DNA of 64,000 bases from Spirochaetia bacterium (GCA_963675665.1 OY776510.1:4544001-4608000), one strand, 5' to 3'; shown: positions 39,441 to 50,257, numbered from the stretch's first letter. The notes: generated by a model from the letters alone, not told the origin. Numbers and translations are program-made.

Positions 39441-40163
39441 TCAACTGTCGAAGAGCTTCCAGCTGCCCCTCAGATCCGGATACTGAAGAAGCGAATCAAG
39501 CATTTTAATATACCCGCTTCGCGGTATTTCCTCGGCGCCGAGCGAACGCAGATGCGGCGTCATTATCTGGCAGTCGACAAGTTCTATTCCGAGAGCGCTC
39601 AGCGCCCTTACCATACCGATAAACGCGGCTTTCGACGAATCGGTAACGGCCGAGAACATTGATTCTCCGAAAAAGCACCTGCCCAGCGAAACCCCGTAGA
39701 GCCCGCCGGAAAGCACAGGGCCGTTTTCGGAAGAAACAAAGGCTTCGATTGAATGTGCCCATCCCAGTTCGTGCAACCGGTAATAACCTTTGATAATATC
39801 CGGATTAATCCATGTTCCGATTTCATGTTTTCGTTCTATACCGGCGCATTTCCTGATAACCTCTTCAAAGCAGGTATCGCTTCGAAGAATGAACTTCCCG
39901 CTTCGGATTTTACGCTCCATCCGCTTTGAGACATGAAGCTTTTCGGGAAAAAGAACGCAGCGGGGATCGGGGTTCCACCAGAGAATGGGATCATTCTCGT
40001 CATACCACGGAAACGCGCCCTGACTGTATGCCGAAAGAAGCATTCCGGGCGACAGGTTGCCGCCGGCGGCCAGAACGCCGTCGGGAGTCGCCTCTTCCGG
40101 ATTGGGAAAATTTATTCTCTGGAATTCATCAAGTTCAGGGAAATCGGGATCTGCCAAAAACAA
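39441..40163 (-). CDS. aat: Leucyl/phenylalanyl-tRNA--protein transferase
   Basis: GVLAAGG.L...LL.AY..G.FPW, WW.PDPR, AHSIE, GGLYG, FFGESMFS, DCQ..T.HL.SLGA. Confidence 0.95.
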   Translation of the reverse strand: MFLADPDFPELDEFQRINFPNPEEATPDGVLAAGGNLSPGMLLSAYSQGAFPWYDENDPILWWNPDPRCVLFPEKLHVSKRMERKIRSGKFILRSDTCFEEVIRKCAGIERKHEIGTWINPDIIKGYYRLHELGWAHSIEAFVSSENGPVLSGGLYGVSLGRCFFGESMFSAVTDSSKAAFIGMVRALSALGIELVDCQIMTPHLRSLGAEEIPRSGYIKMLDSLLQYPDLRGSWKLFDS

Positions 40164-40170
40164 TTACCGC

Positions 40171-42459
40171 TTACAATATGGTTATTTTTACCAGGCCGTC
40201 CTCGATACCGGCAACCGCTTTACCGCCTTCGGTAAGACCTCCGAACAGTACCTCGTCGACAAAGAATGATTTTATCTCATCCTGGATAAGCCTTGATATG
40301 TTTCTTGCTCCGAATTCATAGGAGTATCCCTTTCGGGCCAGGTATTCCCTGCATTCTTCAGTGATCTCAAGCTCGACGTTCTTCTCTTCAAGCTGTTTCC
40401 GGAACATCTTGATTTCCTTGTCGACAATTTTCAGAACAACGGTATCGGACAGTCGGTTGAACCTGATTATGCTGTCCAGCCGGTTGCGAAACTCGGGTGA
40501 AAAAGCCTTTTCAACGGCATTGTTTATTGCGCTCTCGGTAACCTCGTTCTCTCCGAAGCCGATAAGCGCTTTCCCGACATCACGGGCGCCTGCATTGGAT
40601 GTCATTATCAGGACCACATTCCTGAAATCGGCTTTTTTGCCGTTGTTGTCGGTAAGCGTCGCATAATCCATAATCTGAAGCAGGACATTGAAGATATCCT
40701 GGTGGGCCTTTTCAATTTCGTCAAGCAGCAAAACAGCGTGAGGGGTCCGGCGAATCAAATCGGTAAGCTGACCGCCCTCTTCAAATCCGACATAACCCGG
40801 AGGAGAGCCTATAAGTCTGGCAACGGTGTGTTTTTCCTGGTATTCGCTCATGTCGAAACGATGCAGCGGCATTCCCAGCGCCCCGGCAAGGGCTTTTGCG
40901 GTTTCGGTTTTGCCTACCCCGGTAGGACCGGCAAAGAGGAACGACGCAACAGGCTTGTCGGGGCTCTTGAATCCCGCCCTGCCGCGCCGCACGGCCTGAA
41001 CAACAGCCTTCAGGGCTTCGTCCTGGCCGTAAATAACGGATTCAAGTTCATTGCCGAGGTCCTTAAGCCTGTCCGCCTCGGACGAGCTTACGGATTTCTC
41101 GGGAACATTTGATATTCTGGACACTATCCGCTCTATATCTGCAACCGTAATATTGTGCGGCGGTTCGGAATGTACCCTCATCCAGGCCGCAGCCTCGTCT
41201 ATAACATCAATTGCCGAATCTGGATGAAAGCGGTCGTTGATATACTGTTCGGACAGATCAACCGCCGCTTCGAGGGTCCCGTCAGTATAGACCACATCAT
41301 GGTGCTCTTCGAATTCTGGCTTAAGACCGCGGAGGATATGCAGGGTTTCTTCCCGATCGGTTTCGGGAACTTCAATCTTCTGAAACCGCCTGAGCAGCGC
41401 CTGCTCGTTTTCGAAGAATTTCTTGAACTCGGTATAAGTCGTTGAGCCTATACAGCGGATTCGGCCGGCCGCGAGAACAGGCTTGAGAAGGTTCGCAGCG
41501 TCGAGGGTTCCGCCTGAAACCGAACCGGCGCCTATTATCGTGTGAATTTCATCTATAAAGAGGATAACCTTTTTAATTTTTTCGACTTCGCTGATTATCG
41601 TTTTAAGCCGTTCCTCAAAATCTCCCCGGAAACGCGTTCCGGCAATGACGCTTCCCATATCAAGCGACAGGATTTTATAGCCCTTCAGGAACTCAGGGCA
41701 GTTATCAGAAACAATTCTGAGCGCCAGGCCTTCGGCAAGGGCGGTTTTGCCGGTTCCGGGGTCGCCGACAAGAATGGGATTATTCTTCAGTTTCCGGCAG
41801 AGAACCTCGGAAATACGGTTCAGAAGATCCGTGCGTCCTATGAAGGCCTGCAGTCGACCGGCCCCGGCTTCTTCGGTCAGGTCTCTTGTGTAAGCCGACA
41901 GGGGGTTATTTTTGGGCTTCCGGTCGGCGGGCTCAGGCGACTCGACATTGATGTTGTGATCCGTATGTCCTTCAGGCATGATCCCGGCTTCAAACGGTTC
42001 AAGTTCTTCCGTATCAAACAGAAGGTCCTCATCATCCTCATAAATTCCATGCGAAATTTTTTCCAGCAGATTAAGCCTGTTTAAACCGGCTTTTTTCATA
42101 AAGAATGAGCTGAAAGATTTCTCTTCATCAAAAATGGATACGAGAATATCACTCAGATCAAGGATCTGTTTGGATGATGATTCGGTATGAATAACGGCCC
42201 GTTCTATAACATCCTGAAATCCGATCGTCTGAATGGGCTCGCTGTTGTCCGCCACAGGAATATTATGTTTAAGATGCTCTTCAAGCTCGATTCTGAGTTC
42301 TTCCGGTTCTATACCGCAGGACTGAATGATCTTGCGGGGAAGATCGAAGTAAAGTGATGCATAAAGCATATGTTCGGGGGTGATATATTCGTGTTTTCTC
42401 TCTCTGGCATCAAGATAAGCTGCATTAAGCATTCCCTGAACATCTTCGCTGATTTCCAT
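40171..42459 (-). CDS. clpA: ATP-dependent Clp protease ATP-binding subunit ClpA
   Basis: HEYITPEH N-domain; two AAA modules (GDPGTGKT, GPTGVGKT), RFDMSEY, EKHTVARLIG. Confidence 0.95.
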   Translation of the reverse strand: MEISEDVQGMLNAAYLDARERKHEYITPEHMLYASLYFDLPRKIIQSCGIEPEELRIELEEHLKHNIPVADNSEPIQTIGFQDVIERAVIHTESSSKQILDLSDILVSIFDEEKSFSSFFMKKAGLNRLNLLEKISHGIYEDDEDLLFDTEELEPFEAGIMPEGHTDHNINVESPEPADRKPKNNPLSAYTRDLTEEAGAGRLQAFIGRTDLLNRISEVLCRKLKNNPILVGDPGTGKTALAEGLALRIVSDNCPEFLKGYKILSLDMGSVIAGTRFRGDFEERLKTIISEVEKIKKVILFIDEIHTIIGAGSVSGGTLDAANLLKPVLAAGRIRCIGSTTYTEFKKFFENEQALLRRFQKIEVPETDREETLHILRGLKPEFEEHHDVVYTDGTLEAAVDLSEQYINDRFHPDSAIDVIDEAAAWMRVHSEPPHNITVADIERIVSRISNVPEKSVSSSEADRLKDLGNELESVIYGQDEALKAVVQAVRRGRAGFKSPDKPVASFLFAGPTGVGKTETAKALAGALGMPLHRFDMSEYQEKHTVARLIGSPPGYVGFEEGGQLTDLIRRTPHAVLLLDEIEKAHQDIFNVLLQIMDYATLTDNNGKKADFRNVVLIMTSNAGARDVGKALIGFGENEVTESAINNAVEKAFSPEFRNRLDSIIRFNRLSDTVVLKIVDKEIKMFRKQLEEKNVELEITEECREYLARKGYSYEFGARNISRLIQDEIKSFFVDEVLFGGLTEGGKAVAGIEDGLVKITIL

Positions 42460-42771
42460 TTATATTCTCTCCATAATGCACTTTAACGGATACTCTTCCA
42501 TTTTGGCAAGCTGATCAACCTGCTGAACCTTCGTCGCAGCAATGTCATGTATATAAACACCGGCCAGGCCCCTTCCTTTCCGATGTACCTCAAACATTAT
42601 TTTGGTCGCCTCAACAGGATTTTTATGAAAAACCGATCGAAGCACATTTACAACAAAATCCATCGGTGTGTAATGATCATTAAAAAGCACAACACGATAC
42701 ATTTCGGGAGGCTTTATTTTATTCTCAATTTCATCAAGTACAATGCTTTCGGTGTTGAATTTTTCTGCCAT
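42460..42771 (-). CDS. clpS: Clp protease adaptor ClpS
   Basis: P.MYRVVLFNDHYTPMDFVV.VL..VF...IM.EVH..G. Confidence 0.95.
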   Translation of the reverse strand: MAEKFNTESIVLDEIENKIKPPEMYRVVLFNDHYTPMDFVVNVLRSVFHKNPVEATKIMFEVHRKGRGLAGVYIHDIAATKVQQVDQLAKMEEYPLKCIMERI

Positions 42772-43000
42772 AGTCTAATTAATAACGCAAAACATGCTGT
42801 TTTCATTATATTTTTGGATCAAAAAACTATATATTGACGTTTAAAAAAATAAGGCCGATGTGTACAGCACGAATCTGAAACGAGTCTGTCGGTTTCCAAA
42901 AATATTATGGTTTTAATAGTATTTAAAATGGACATTTGTGCGGATAATTCATATAATACAGGATGTTTAGCACTTCAAATAAAACATTAAGGAAGGGAAT

Positions 43001-44674
43001 ATGAAAAAACGAGTAGAATTCATGGTTACCGCATTCCGTGACGGATTCCAGTCTGCATACGGAGCAAGGGTATTCACACCTGATTTCCTACCCGCGGTTG
43101 AAGCATGTGTTGAGGCCGGAATGGATCATTTCGAAGCAGGAGGCGGCGCCAGATTCCAGTCGTTGTTCTTCTACTGCAATGAAAATGCATTCGATATGAT
43201 GGATTCATTCAGAAAAGCTGCCGGGCCCGACGCAAACCTGCAGACCCTCGCGAGAGGCGTAAATGTTGTAGGTCTTGATTCTCAGCCTAGAGATATCATC
43301 AAGCTTCATGCTCAGATGTTCAAGAAGCATGGAATTTCAACTATCAGGAACTTTGACGCTCTCAATGACGTCAACAATCTTATCGACAGCGGACAGGCAA
43401 TTCATGATGCGGGCCTTAAACATGAAGTATGTGTAACTCTTATGGAACTTCCTCCGGGATGTACCGGAGCTCATACCGCGGAATTCTATCTGGATGTACT
43501 TAAGGGCATTCTTGATGCGGGAATACCTTACGATTCGGTCTGTTTCAAGGATGCTTCGGGAACCGCCGTCCCCAGCAAGGTATACGATACAATCAAGGGC
43601 GCCCGTGAACTTCTCGGCAAGGATATGAAGATTGTTTTCCACTCTCACGAAACTGCCGGAATCAGCGTTCTGGGCTACAAAGCCGCTCTTGACGCCGGCG
43701 CCGACCAGATTGACCTGTCGATTGCCCCGGTCAGCGGCGGAACCTGTCAGCCGGACGTAATAACAATGTGGCATGCGTTGCGAGGTACCGAATATGATCT
43801 CGGCGTTGATATCAACAAGGTTATAAAGGCTGAGTCCGTATTTAAAGACTGCATGAAGGATTACTTCAAGCCGCCTGAATCGGAAGCCGTTGAACCTCTG
43901 ATTCCGTTCTCACCGATGCCCGGCGGAGCGCTGACCGCCAATACACAGATGATGAGAGACAACAACTGCCTTGAAAAATTTCCCGAGGTAATTGCCGCAA
44001 TGGGCGAGGTAGTTGAAAAAGGCGGTTTCGGTACTTCCGTAACGCCGGTTTCACAGTTCTATTTCCAGCAGGCTTTTAACAATGTATTCTTCGGTCCCTG
44101 GAAAAGGATAGCCGAAGGCTACGGAAAGATGGTTCTCGGTTACTTCGGAAAGACTCCCGTTAGCCCGGACCCGGAGATTATCGAACTTTGCAAAGAACAG
44201 ATGAAGCTTGAACCGACCGACCGCAAGGTTGTCGATATTAACGACGATGATCCGAAGAAAGGAATCGAAGCGGCAACGACACTGCTTAAAGACAATGATC
44301 TGCCGGTTAACGATGAAAATATTTTTATTGCCGCAACCTGTAAGGAAAAAGGCGTGACCTACCTGAAGGGCGAAGCTACTACAATGGTCAGAAAAATTTC
44401 TGATCAGCCGAAGGCTTCGGTAGTTCAGCCGGTAGCTGCCAAACCGGCACCTTCAGCCGGAGGTAACAATATTATAGCTAATATCCCTGGGACAATTACA
44501 CGTATACTCAAGAAACAGGGAGATGCTGTTGCTTACGGAGAACCCATGATGGTATATCAGACAGGTGATTATGAAATAGAAATTCCTGCAACCGTCGGAG
44601 GAACAGTACAGAGTATTGCTGTAACCCCCGGTTCAGTAGTTGAAGCAAACAGTCTTGTTGCTACGGTAGGATAA
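43001..44674 (+). CDS. Carboxyltransferase (OadA/PycB-like) with atypical biotinyl-like domain
   Basis: FRDGFQS, GGARF, RNFDALND, FKD, H.HET, PGG; C-terminal barrel-sandwich domain lacking EAMKM. Confidence 0.85.
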   Translation: MKKRVEFMVTAFRDGFQSAYGARVFTPDFLPAVEACVEAGMDHFEAGGGARFQSLFFYCNENAFDMMDSFRKAAGPDANLQTLARGVNVVGLDSQPRDIIKLHAQMFKKHGISTIRNFDALNDVNNLIDSGQAIHDAGLKHEVCVTLMELPPGCTGAHTAEFYLDVLKGILDAGIPYDSVCFKDASGTAVPSKVYDTIKGARELLGKDMKIVFHSHETAGISVLGYKAALDAGADQIDLSIAPVSGGTCQPDVITMWHALRGTEYDLGVDINKVIKAESVFKDCMKDYFKPPESEAVEPLIPFSPMPGGALTANTQMMRDNNCLEKFPEVIAAMGEVVEKGGFGTSVTPVSQFYFQQAFNNVFFGPWKRIAEGYGKMVLGYFGKTPVSPDPEIIELCKEQMKLEPTDRKVVDINDDDPKKGIEAATTLLKDNDLPVNDENIFIAATCKEKGVTYLKGEATTMVRKISDQPKASVVQPVAAKPAPSAGGNNIIANIPGTITRILKKQGDAVAYGEPMMVYQTGDYEIEIPATVGGTVQSIAVTPGSVVEANSLVATVG

Positions 44675-44693
44675 AAAATCAAGTTAAATTCCG

Positions 44694-44726
44694 GGGATAT
44701 GTCCGAACGGGCATATCCCTTTTTTT
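44694..44726 (+). terminator. Intrinsic terminator
   Basis: GGGATATGTCC-GAAC-GGGCATATCCC followed by T7. Confidence 0.85.
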
Positions 44727-44766
44727 ATACTGTAAGGGAAAATATAAGATCATGCATCGAAATATT

Positions 44767-46305
44767 TTATTGAAACAGCTTCTTCATTCCGGAACCGGCA
44801 CCAAGAAGATATACTACATCCAGAGACGCAATTACATCAGTAACAGGTTTAATTGCATTCAAAAAAAGGCTTTCTGAAATATACCTCCCTACCCGCTCTT
44901 CCGTAGCAATACCGTCGACACTATTCCATAAAAGCTGAACCATTCCCTGAATATCGTTTTCAAAAACAAGAGTTTCACAGCCTAACTGCTCTACAATCCT
45001 GCCGGCAAAAGAACCTTTTTGCACGGCTATCTTCTTCCCTTTAAAAAACGATGGATCCTGTATTTCCTCCGATTTTGAAAAGATCCGGATATTAAATTTT
45101 TCATAAGACGCTGAGGCCTCAACCGGTTTATCGCTGAAAAACTCATTAGGCCAGCCGACATTCAGGATGCAGTCTATCTGTTTGTCCATCAGTTTCGCAT
45201 ATAACTCGCCGAACTGTCCTCCGATAAAATTAACCTTGTAATCGCTTCCGGCGAATATCTTTTCGGTATGTTCAATACTGATTCCGGCTGCTTTGCCGTC
45301 CTTTATACTCGTCCAGGGCGGATAGGCAATATCATGGCCTATCCTGATAACTTCTTCCTTTTCAGATTCTGCCGCGCTCATGAAATTCCTGGCGGAAGAT
45401 ATGAAAATCTCGTTCATATCGACAAGATCATTCATGCAACTTTCATTGGAAGCTTTATATATCTCTACGGCCTTATCGATGAACGGGCTGTTTTTTATTG
45501 TGAACTCACCCGATTTATGTACATCGTCCAGCGAAGAAAGAAGCGAAGCTGTACTGTCTGCCTGCTTGCTTACCAGATTGTTTATTGACCCTATTTCGGA
45601 ATCAATCTTTTCAAGTTCAGCTGTTGACGCTACAAGGCTCGTACTTGTACTGCTTATATTGTCAAGAACTTCATTCTGCAGTTCGCCGTACTCACCAAGA
45701 AAGCTTTTTGCATCTGAAAGTTTTATATTTAAATCCTTGAGTATCCTGGTTATATCATTTGTATTGCTCCTGCTTCTGTCTGCAAGGTTTCTTATTTCCT
45801 TGGCTACAACCTGAAATCCTTTTCCCTGGGCCCCGGCCCTGGCCGCTTCAATGGCCGCGTTTAATGCAAGCAGGTTTGTAAGCTCTGAAATATCCTCAAT
45901 AACGTCGATCCTCTCAACTATTGTCTGAATTGAATCGGTAAGAGCAATAAATGTGTCTTTCAGATTTTTAAATCCGGCATCAAGCTTGTCTACGGAATCA
46001 GCTGCCCCGGTCATTACCGTAATGTTCATTTTTGACGAACTGATATTATTCTGAATAATCCCTGATGATTTATCTACAAGCCCTGCAACCTGCTCGGCAT
46101 TCTCGTTTACTGATTTAAGATCTGAATATGCAGAATTTATCAACTGCTGAATTCCTGAAGTAGATTTCAGATATTCCTGCTGAAACATTAATATTATCTG
46201 AAATATTTGATTGAGTTCGATGAAACTGCTGCTTAAATTATTCTTAATTTCTGAAGCTTTTTTTAGATTAGTAAAATTTATAATTTCGGATCCTTCCATT
46301 CTCAT
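44767..46305 (-). CDS. Soluble methyl-accepting chemotaxis protein with C-terminal solute-binding (SBP_bac_3-like) domain
   Basis: [33 protein letters not shown]; C-terminal YPPW....G...[12 protein letters not shown]; no TM helices. Confidence 0.85.
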   Translation of the reverse strand: MRMEGSEIINFTNLKKASEIKNNLSSSFIELNQIFQIILMFQQEYLKSTSGIQQLINSAYSDLKSVNENAEQVAGLVDKSSGIIQNNISSSKMNITVMTGAADSVDKLDAGFKNLKDTFIALTDSIQTIVERIDVIEDISELTNLLALNAAIEAARAGAQGKGFQVVAKEIRNLADRSRSNTNDITRILKDLNIKLSDAKSFLGEYGELQNEVLDNISSTSTSLVASTAELEKIDSEIGSINNLVSKQADSTASLLSSLDDVHKSGEFTIKNSPFIDKAVEIYKASNESCMNDLVDMNEIFISSARNFMSAAESEKEEVIRIGHDIAYPPWTSIKDGKAAGISIEHTEKIFAGSDYKVNFIGGQFGELYAKLMDKQIDCILNVGWPNEFFSDKPVEASASYEKFNIRIFSKSEEIQDPSFFKGKKIAVQKGSFAGRIVEQLGCETLVFENDIQGMVQLLWNSVDGIATEERVGRYISESLFLNAIKPVTDVIASLDVVYLLGAGSGMKKLFQ

Positions 46306-46472
46306 TCCCGATTAATAAGAGGATATTCAATGGTACTATCCTTTTATTTAAACGTCAACAATAAGATTCATTTTCAGACGGTATTTGTTATACGCAAACA
46401 TTTTTAAATAATGGTAATAATAAAAATAAATATGTATAATCTGGATTATTATTCTAAAAAAAAGGAAAATTA

Positions 46473-47216
46473 ATGGTCATTGATGAAAAAATTTTTGAAT
46501 CATTTCGTGATGAAGCTTCAGATTATAATATTTCCAGGCTTACCATAGGGCTTGGATATACAGCCTCAGAACTTGAAGACGGAAGGACCGGTATTGCCTA
46601 TACCTGGCTGAACAGGAAAGAAGGTTGTTCCGTTATAAAGGGCCCTGACTCTTTTGAAGGCAAAAGTGCCTCTGGTCTGCTTGAAAAGATTTTTTCGCCA
46701 GTTCCGCTTGAGCGCACCCTTGCCGTTGCCACGGCAAATGCACTGAACCATAAAACAGCCGCTGCCTTTAAAGATGACGAAGGATCTCTTGTTGCCGACA
46801 TCAACTCCGGTAAGGGCAGCAGAATAGCGATGGTCGGTTTTTTTGGACCGGTTGTCGAACTTCTCAGAGCAAACGGTTCCGAAACAGTTGTTTACGATAT
46901 CGGCAAAAACAGCGGTAACCCGGACGAGTTCTTCCCTTTTCTTGAGCACAAAGCTGATGCACTGATTCTGACTTCAACAAGTCTTCTTAACGGAAGCATG
47001 GAAGACGTTCTGGCCCGTTTAGCAGGAAGACGGATCCCTGTTGTTCTTCTGGGTCCCACAACCATTATGAAGCCCGAACTTTACAGCCATCTGCCGGTCA
47101 CTATTCTTGCAGGAACGGTACCGGTAAACTCCGAAAAAGTTGTTCAGGCTATAAGAAACGGGAAAGGAACTCCCGTAATACAGAAGTTTGCAAGAAAAGT
47201 ATATACTGAAATTTAA
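46473..47216 (+). CDS. DUF4213/DUF364 Rossmann-like protein
   Basis: IGLGYT...L..G..G.AY, ER.LA.AT.NAL, MVGFF.P, T.TSLLNG, LLGPT. Confidence 0.8.
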   Translation: MVIDEKIFESFRDEASDYNISRLTIGLGYTASELEDGRTGIAYTWLNRKEGCSVIKGPDSFEGKSASGLLEKIFSPVPLERTLAVATANALNHKTAAAFKDDEGSLVADINSGKGSRIAMVGFFGPVVELLRANGSETVVYDIGKNSGNPDEFFPFLEHKADALILTSTSLLNGSMEDVLARLAGRRIPVVLLGPTTIMKPELYSHLPVTILAGTVPVNSEKVVQAIRNGKGTPVIQKFARKVYTEI

Positions 47217-47224
47217 CTGATTTT

Positions 47225-47266
47225 TAAATAAAAAGGCCGCATCTTGCGAAGCGGCCTTTTTATTTA
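47225..47266. terminator. Bidirectional intrinsic terminator
   Basis: TAAATAAAAAGGCCGC / GCGGCCTTTTTATTTA between convergent genes. Confidence 0.85.
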
Positions 47267-47277
47267 TTTGCTATTTC

Positions 47278-49242
47278 TTATTTTGCGGCTTCAGCAAGCT
47301 GCTCAACGCTTACTACAGACCCGTATTTTTCCTTGAGAGCGAGAAGGTTTTTCTTTTGCTCTGCGTAAATCTGGAAAATTCTTTCAGGAACATGCTCATC
47401 TTTCCTGAATGCTTCATCCTGCAGATCAAGCCTTGAAATAATATTATCAAGGTAAAAGGAGAACTGCTTGTCATAAAGTTCTTTCGGGTAAGGTTTGTTA
47501 ATACCGTCAAAAAGTTTTTTAAGATCTTCATACAGAGGAATAAACCCTATCGGTGTTTCAATTGCTTCAACATCGCCGTTAGCCCTGAGTTCAAGCCATC
47601 CGAGCCATACCTTTACGTCTTTCTTTTCACCGAGAAGCTTCTTGCCCTCGCCGCCTCTGGCGCCTTCGGTAAGAAAGTAGTTAAGACCGGCCATAATCGG
47701 TTTAACTTTAATCTTGCCCGAGTTGTAAAACTTGAACTGCGCGTCCATGTAGTCACCGAGCGCACCTGGAATAAAGGGAGCATTCGCCCACGGCTGCCTG
47801 TTCACGCCCGTAGCCCCGACTTCTGTTGCGGTAGCAGCAGAAACAATTGAGGCGCCTATTGCAACACCTTCATCCATGGTTTTAGCTACCCATACCGGAG
47901 GCATAGTGTCGGAATCACGTCCGGAGTATGTTACAACCTGAACATGAACGCCTTCTGCGCTTTCAGCAGCTTCCTTATTATAGTTGTCGATAGACTCGCA
48001 AAGAAGGGTACATCTTGAATTGGGATGGGAAATCAGAATTTCTTTTCCGTTTGCATCTTTCTTGCCGGGCCACCATTCGCCCTGAAAGTTTACACCCTTT
48101 GAAGGTTCCGGTTCGCCGTCTCCGGTCCATCTCGGTTTATCGTTTTCGTCGATACAGACATTTGAAAAGATGACTGTTGTACCTTCTTTTCTGAGCCTCT
48201 TCATCAGGTACGGATCACCCTCTTCATTAACATCGGCTACAATACCGAATATTCCGCATTCGGGGTTGATTCCGCGTACAGTACCTGTAGATTCATCAAT
48301 CCACATCTGTGCAAGGTCGTCTCCGATAAAGTCTGTTCCGACCATTGCCGTAGTTGTTTTACCGCAGCCAGAAGGAGCGGCGCCGGCAAAAAAGGTTTTA
48401 CGTCCGCCGGGGCCGGTCATGCCGGTAAGAAACATATGCTCTGAGAGCTCTTCTTCAACCTTGTAGTATGTTGCACGGTCTACAGCAAACCTGTGGTTTC
48501 CCTTCTTCAGAAGGAGCGTGTTACCGGCATAGGTACAGAAGGTTGAATAACATGTCTGCCAGCTTCTGTCCATGTAAATTCTGGCCTTGGGAACATCTTC
48601 GGAACGTCCTGTTCCCTGGCTGTGAACATTGGTAAAGAATGTTCCGCATCTTTCAGCTTCAGCGTCAAAATCCCTGAAAACATTTCTGTAAAGAAGATCT
48701 CCCGATGATTGGACATAGGTTGAAGAGGTAATCATAAGCGCCGGAATAGATGCCTGGGCGCCTACAGGACCTCTGTTAAGAAACGCAACATACATTGTAA
48801 GGCCTTTCATGATCCCTTTCATATTTTCTTTTATGTAAGCATAAGAATCGGCCCTGAGCTCTTTCTTGGCAATTGAGCTTATGTCTTCATCCTCATTAAC
48901 AATATAAAAAGTCTGCTTTACAAGACGTCCCTGATCTTCGGGAAGATCATAATGGATCGTATGGTTCTTGATTGCAAGATTTCTTTCCTCGCCGGTTTCA
49001 AGACTTTTCTGCTTAACATAGGCAGCATCTTCCCTGCTGTCCGAGATGATGAATACATCATCCGGTTCACACATTGCAATAGAGTTTGCTATTTTAAGCA
49101 ATGCGTCTTCATTTTTAATAGTGTTAATCTTTGCAAGATTTGATTCATCAAGTCTGGTTTTAAAAAGTGCTCTGGCTTCAGCTATATCAGCAACACCTCC
49201 GACATCCGCAAGAATGTCTACACCCTTTTTCATTTCCAACAT
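47278..49242 (-). CDS. pckG: Phosphoenolpyruvate carboxykinase (GTP)
   Basis: YAGN..LLKK, LSEHMF, A.PSGCGKT, IGDD.A, NPE.G.FG, HPNSR. Confidence 0.93.
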   Translation of the reverse strand: MLEMKKGVDILADVGGVADIAEARALFKTRLDESNLAKINTIKNEDALLKIANSIAMCEPDDVFIISDSREDAAYVKQKSLETGEERNLAIKNHTIHYDLPEDQGRLVKQTFYIVNEDEDISSIAKKELRADSYAYIKENMKGIMKGLTMYVAFLNRGPVGAQASIPALMITSSTYVQSSGDLLYRNVFRDFDAEAERCGTFFTNVHSQGTGRSEDVPKARIYMDRSWQTCYSTFCTYAGNTLLLKKGNHRFAVDRATYYKVEEELSEHMFLTGMTGPGGRKTFFAGAAPSGCGKTTTAMVGTDFIGDDLAQMWIDESTGTVRGINPECGIFGIVADVNEEGDPYLMKRLRKEGTTVIFSNVCIDENDKPRWTGDGEPEPSKGVNFQGEWWPGKKDANGKEILISHPNSRCTLLCESIDNYNKEAAESAEGVHVQVVTYSGRDSDTMPPVWVAKTMDEGVAIGASIVSAATATEVGATGVNRQPWANAPFIPGALGDYMDAQFKFYNSGKIKVKPIMAGLNYFLTEGARGGEGKKLLGEKKDVKVWLGWLELRANGDVEAIETPIGFIPLYEDLKKLFDGINKPYPKELYDKQFSFYLDNIISRLDLQDEAFRKDEHVPERIFQIYAEQKKNLLALKEKYGSVVSVEQLAEAAK

Positions 49243-49417
49243 GTCATACTCCTGTAATATTTATTTCTTATACATAAAATTTTTCTGATTATACCTTTAG
49301 AATGATAGGAAATTTTGACAAGAATAGTCAAGTGTTTCTGAACAATTGTGCAAGGATTTAATTAACATATTTGGTTTTTAACCCATTTTTTCAGCCGGCG
49401 GCCGATAATAATTCAGA

Positions 49418-50248
49418 CTACGGCAGCGGTTGATACAACGGAGGAAGAGCATCATCATTATGCAGACTATTGTAAAGCCAGGTTTCCATGGCGGTCATTC
49501 GACGATAGAAAGCATAGTAGGGATCAAGAAGAAGATTAACAAAATCATCATTCTGGAGAACTACGCCGCAATACCCGTAAACCAGAATGGTATCGCTGCA
49601 GGGTATAATCTGAAGCATAATCATTAAATCTTCAGGCTTTACCGCTTTTATAATAAATCCCAAATCCGAGACATTGGACATTGAAACAACCAACATCCCG
49701 GGGGCAGGTTCAAAACTCAACCTGTAATAGCCCCTGCCGAGTGCATTTTCCTTCATATGAAGGAAAACTGTATCCCCGGTTCCTGCGGAACTTCCGGCCG
49801 GATCAGGTATTCTATGCCTATCTTCGGGATTATCCACCGCATAAACATCTGTAAACAGGACGTCATATTTTTTCCGCCGTTCCGAATAATACATGGCGCC
49901 GGAAATACCGCTGACCTTATGACCAAGCCTGTACAGTTCACTTATAACCTTATCAGGATCACGCGGCATATCGTCCGGATACGGTATGGAGTACAGGGCC
50001 TCTACCATAACTTCCGGATTCATTGAACGGTGCATACGCATAACCCCGGCTGCATTACCGGTTGCCGGCAAATACAAAGGCCCTGAAGATTCTTCATCAT
50101 ACCTGAAAACATGACCGTTCAGTTTCAGCACTTCCCTGACTTCAGCCGGGACGTCTGACAGATACGCGTCGCTGTCCGGAAACTGTTCGGCAAACAGGAC
50201 GGATACGGAGAAAACAAAAATAACTGTTAAAAGGTTTTTCTTTATCAT
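49418..50248 (-). CDS. Exported hypothetical protein (spirochaete DUF6675-like)
   Basis: Signal peptide; VEALY, S...G..YYS.RR....LF.D.Y, R..A...W pattern. Confidence 0.6.
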   Translation of the reverse strand: MIKKNLLTVIFVFSVSVLFAEQFPDSDAYLSDVPAEVREVLKLNGHVFRYDEESSGPLYLPATGNAAGVMRMHRSMNPEVMVEALYSIPYPDDMPRDPDKVISELYRLGHKVSGISGAMYYSERRKKYDVLFTDVYAVDNPEDRHRIPDPAGSSAGTGDTVFLHMKENALGRGYYRLSFEPAPGMLVVSMSNVSDLGFIIKAVKPEDLMIMLQIIPCSDTILVYGYCGVVLQNDDFVNLLLDPYYAFYRRMTAMETWLYNSLHNDDALPPLYQPLP

Positions 50249-50257
50249 TTATCTTTA

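Noticed and set aside
39291-39662. 123-aa plus-strand ORF
   Set aside because: It runs through the structured RNA and antisense to aat, with no recognisable protein features
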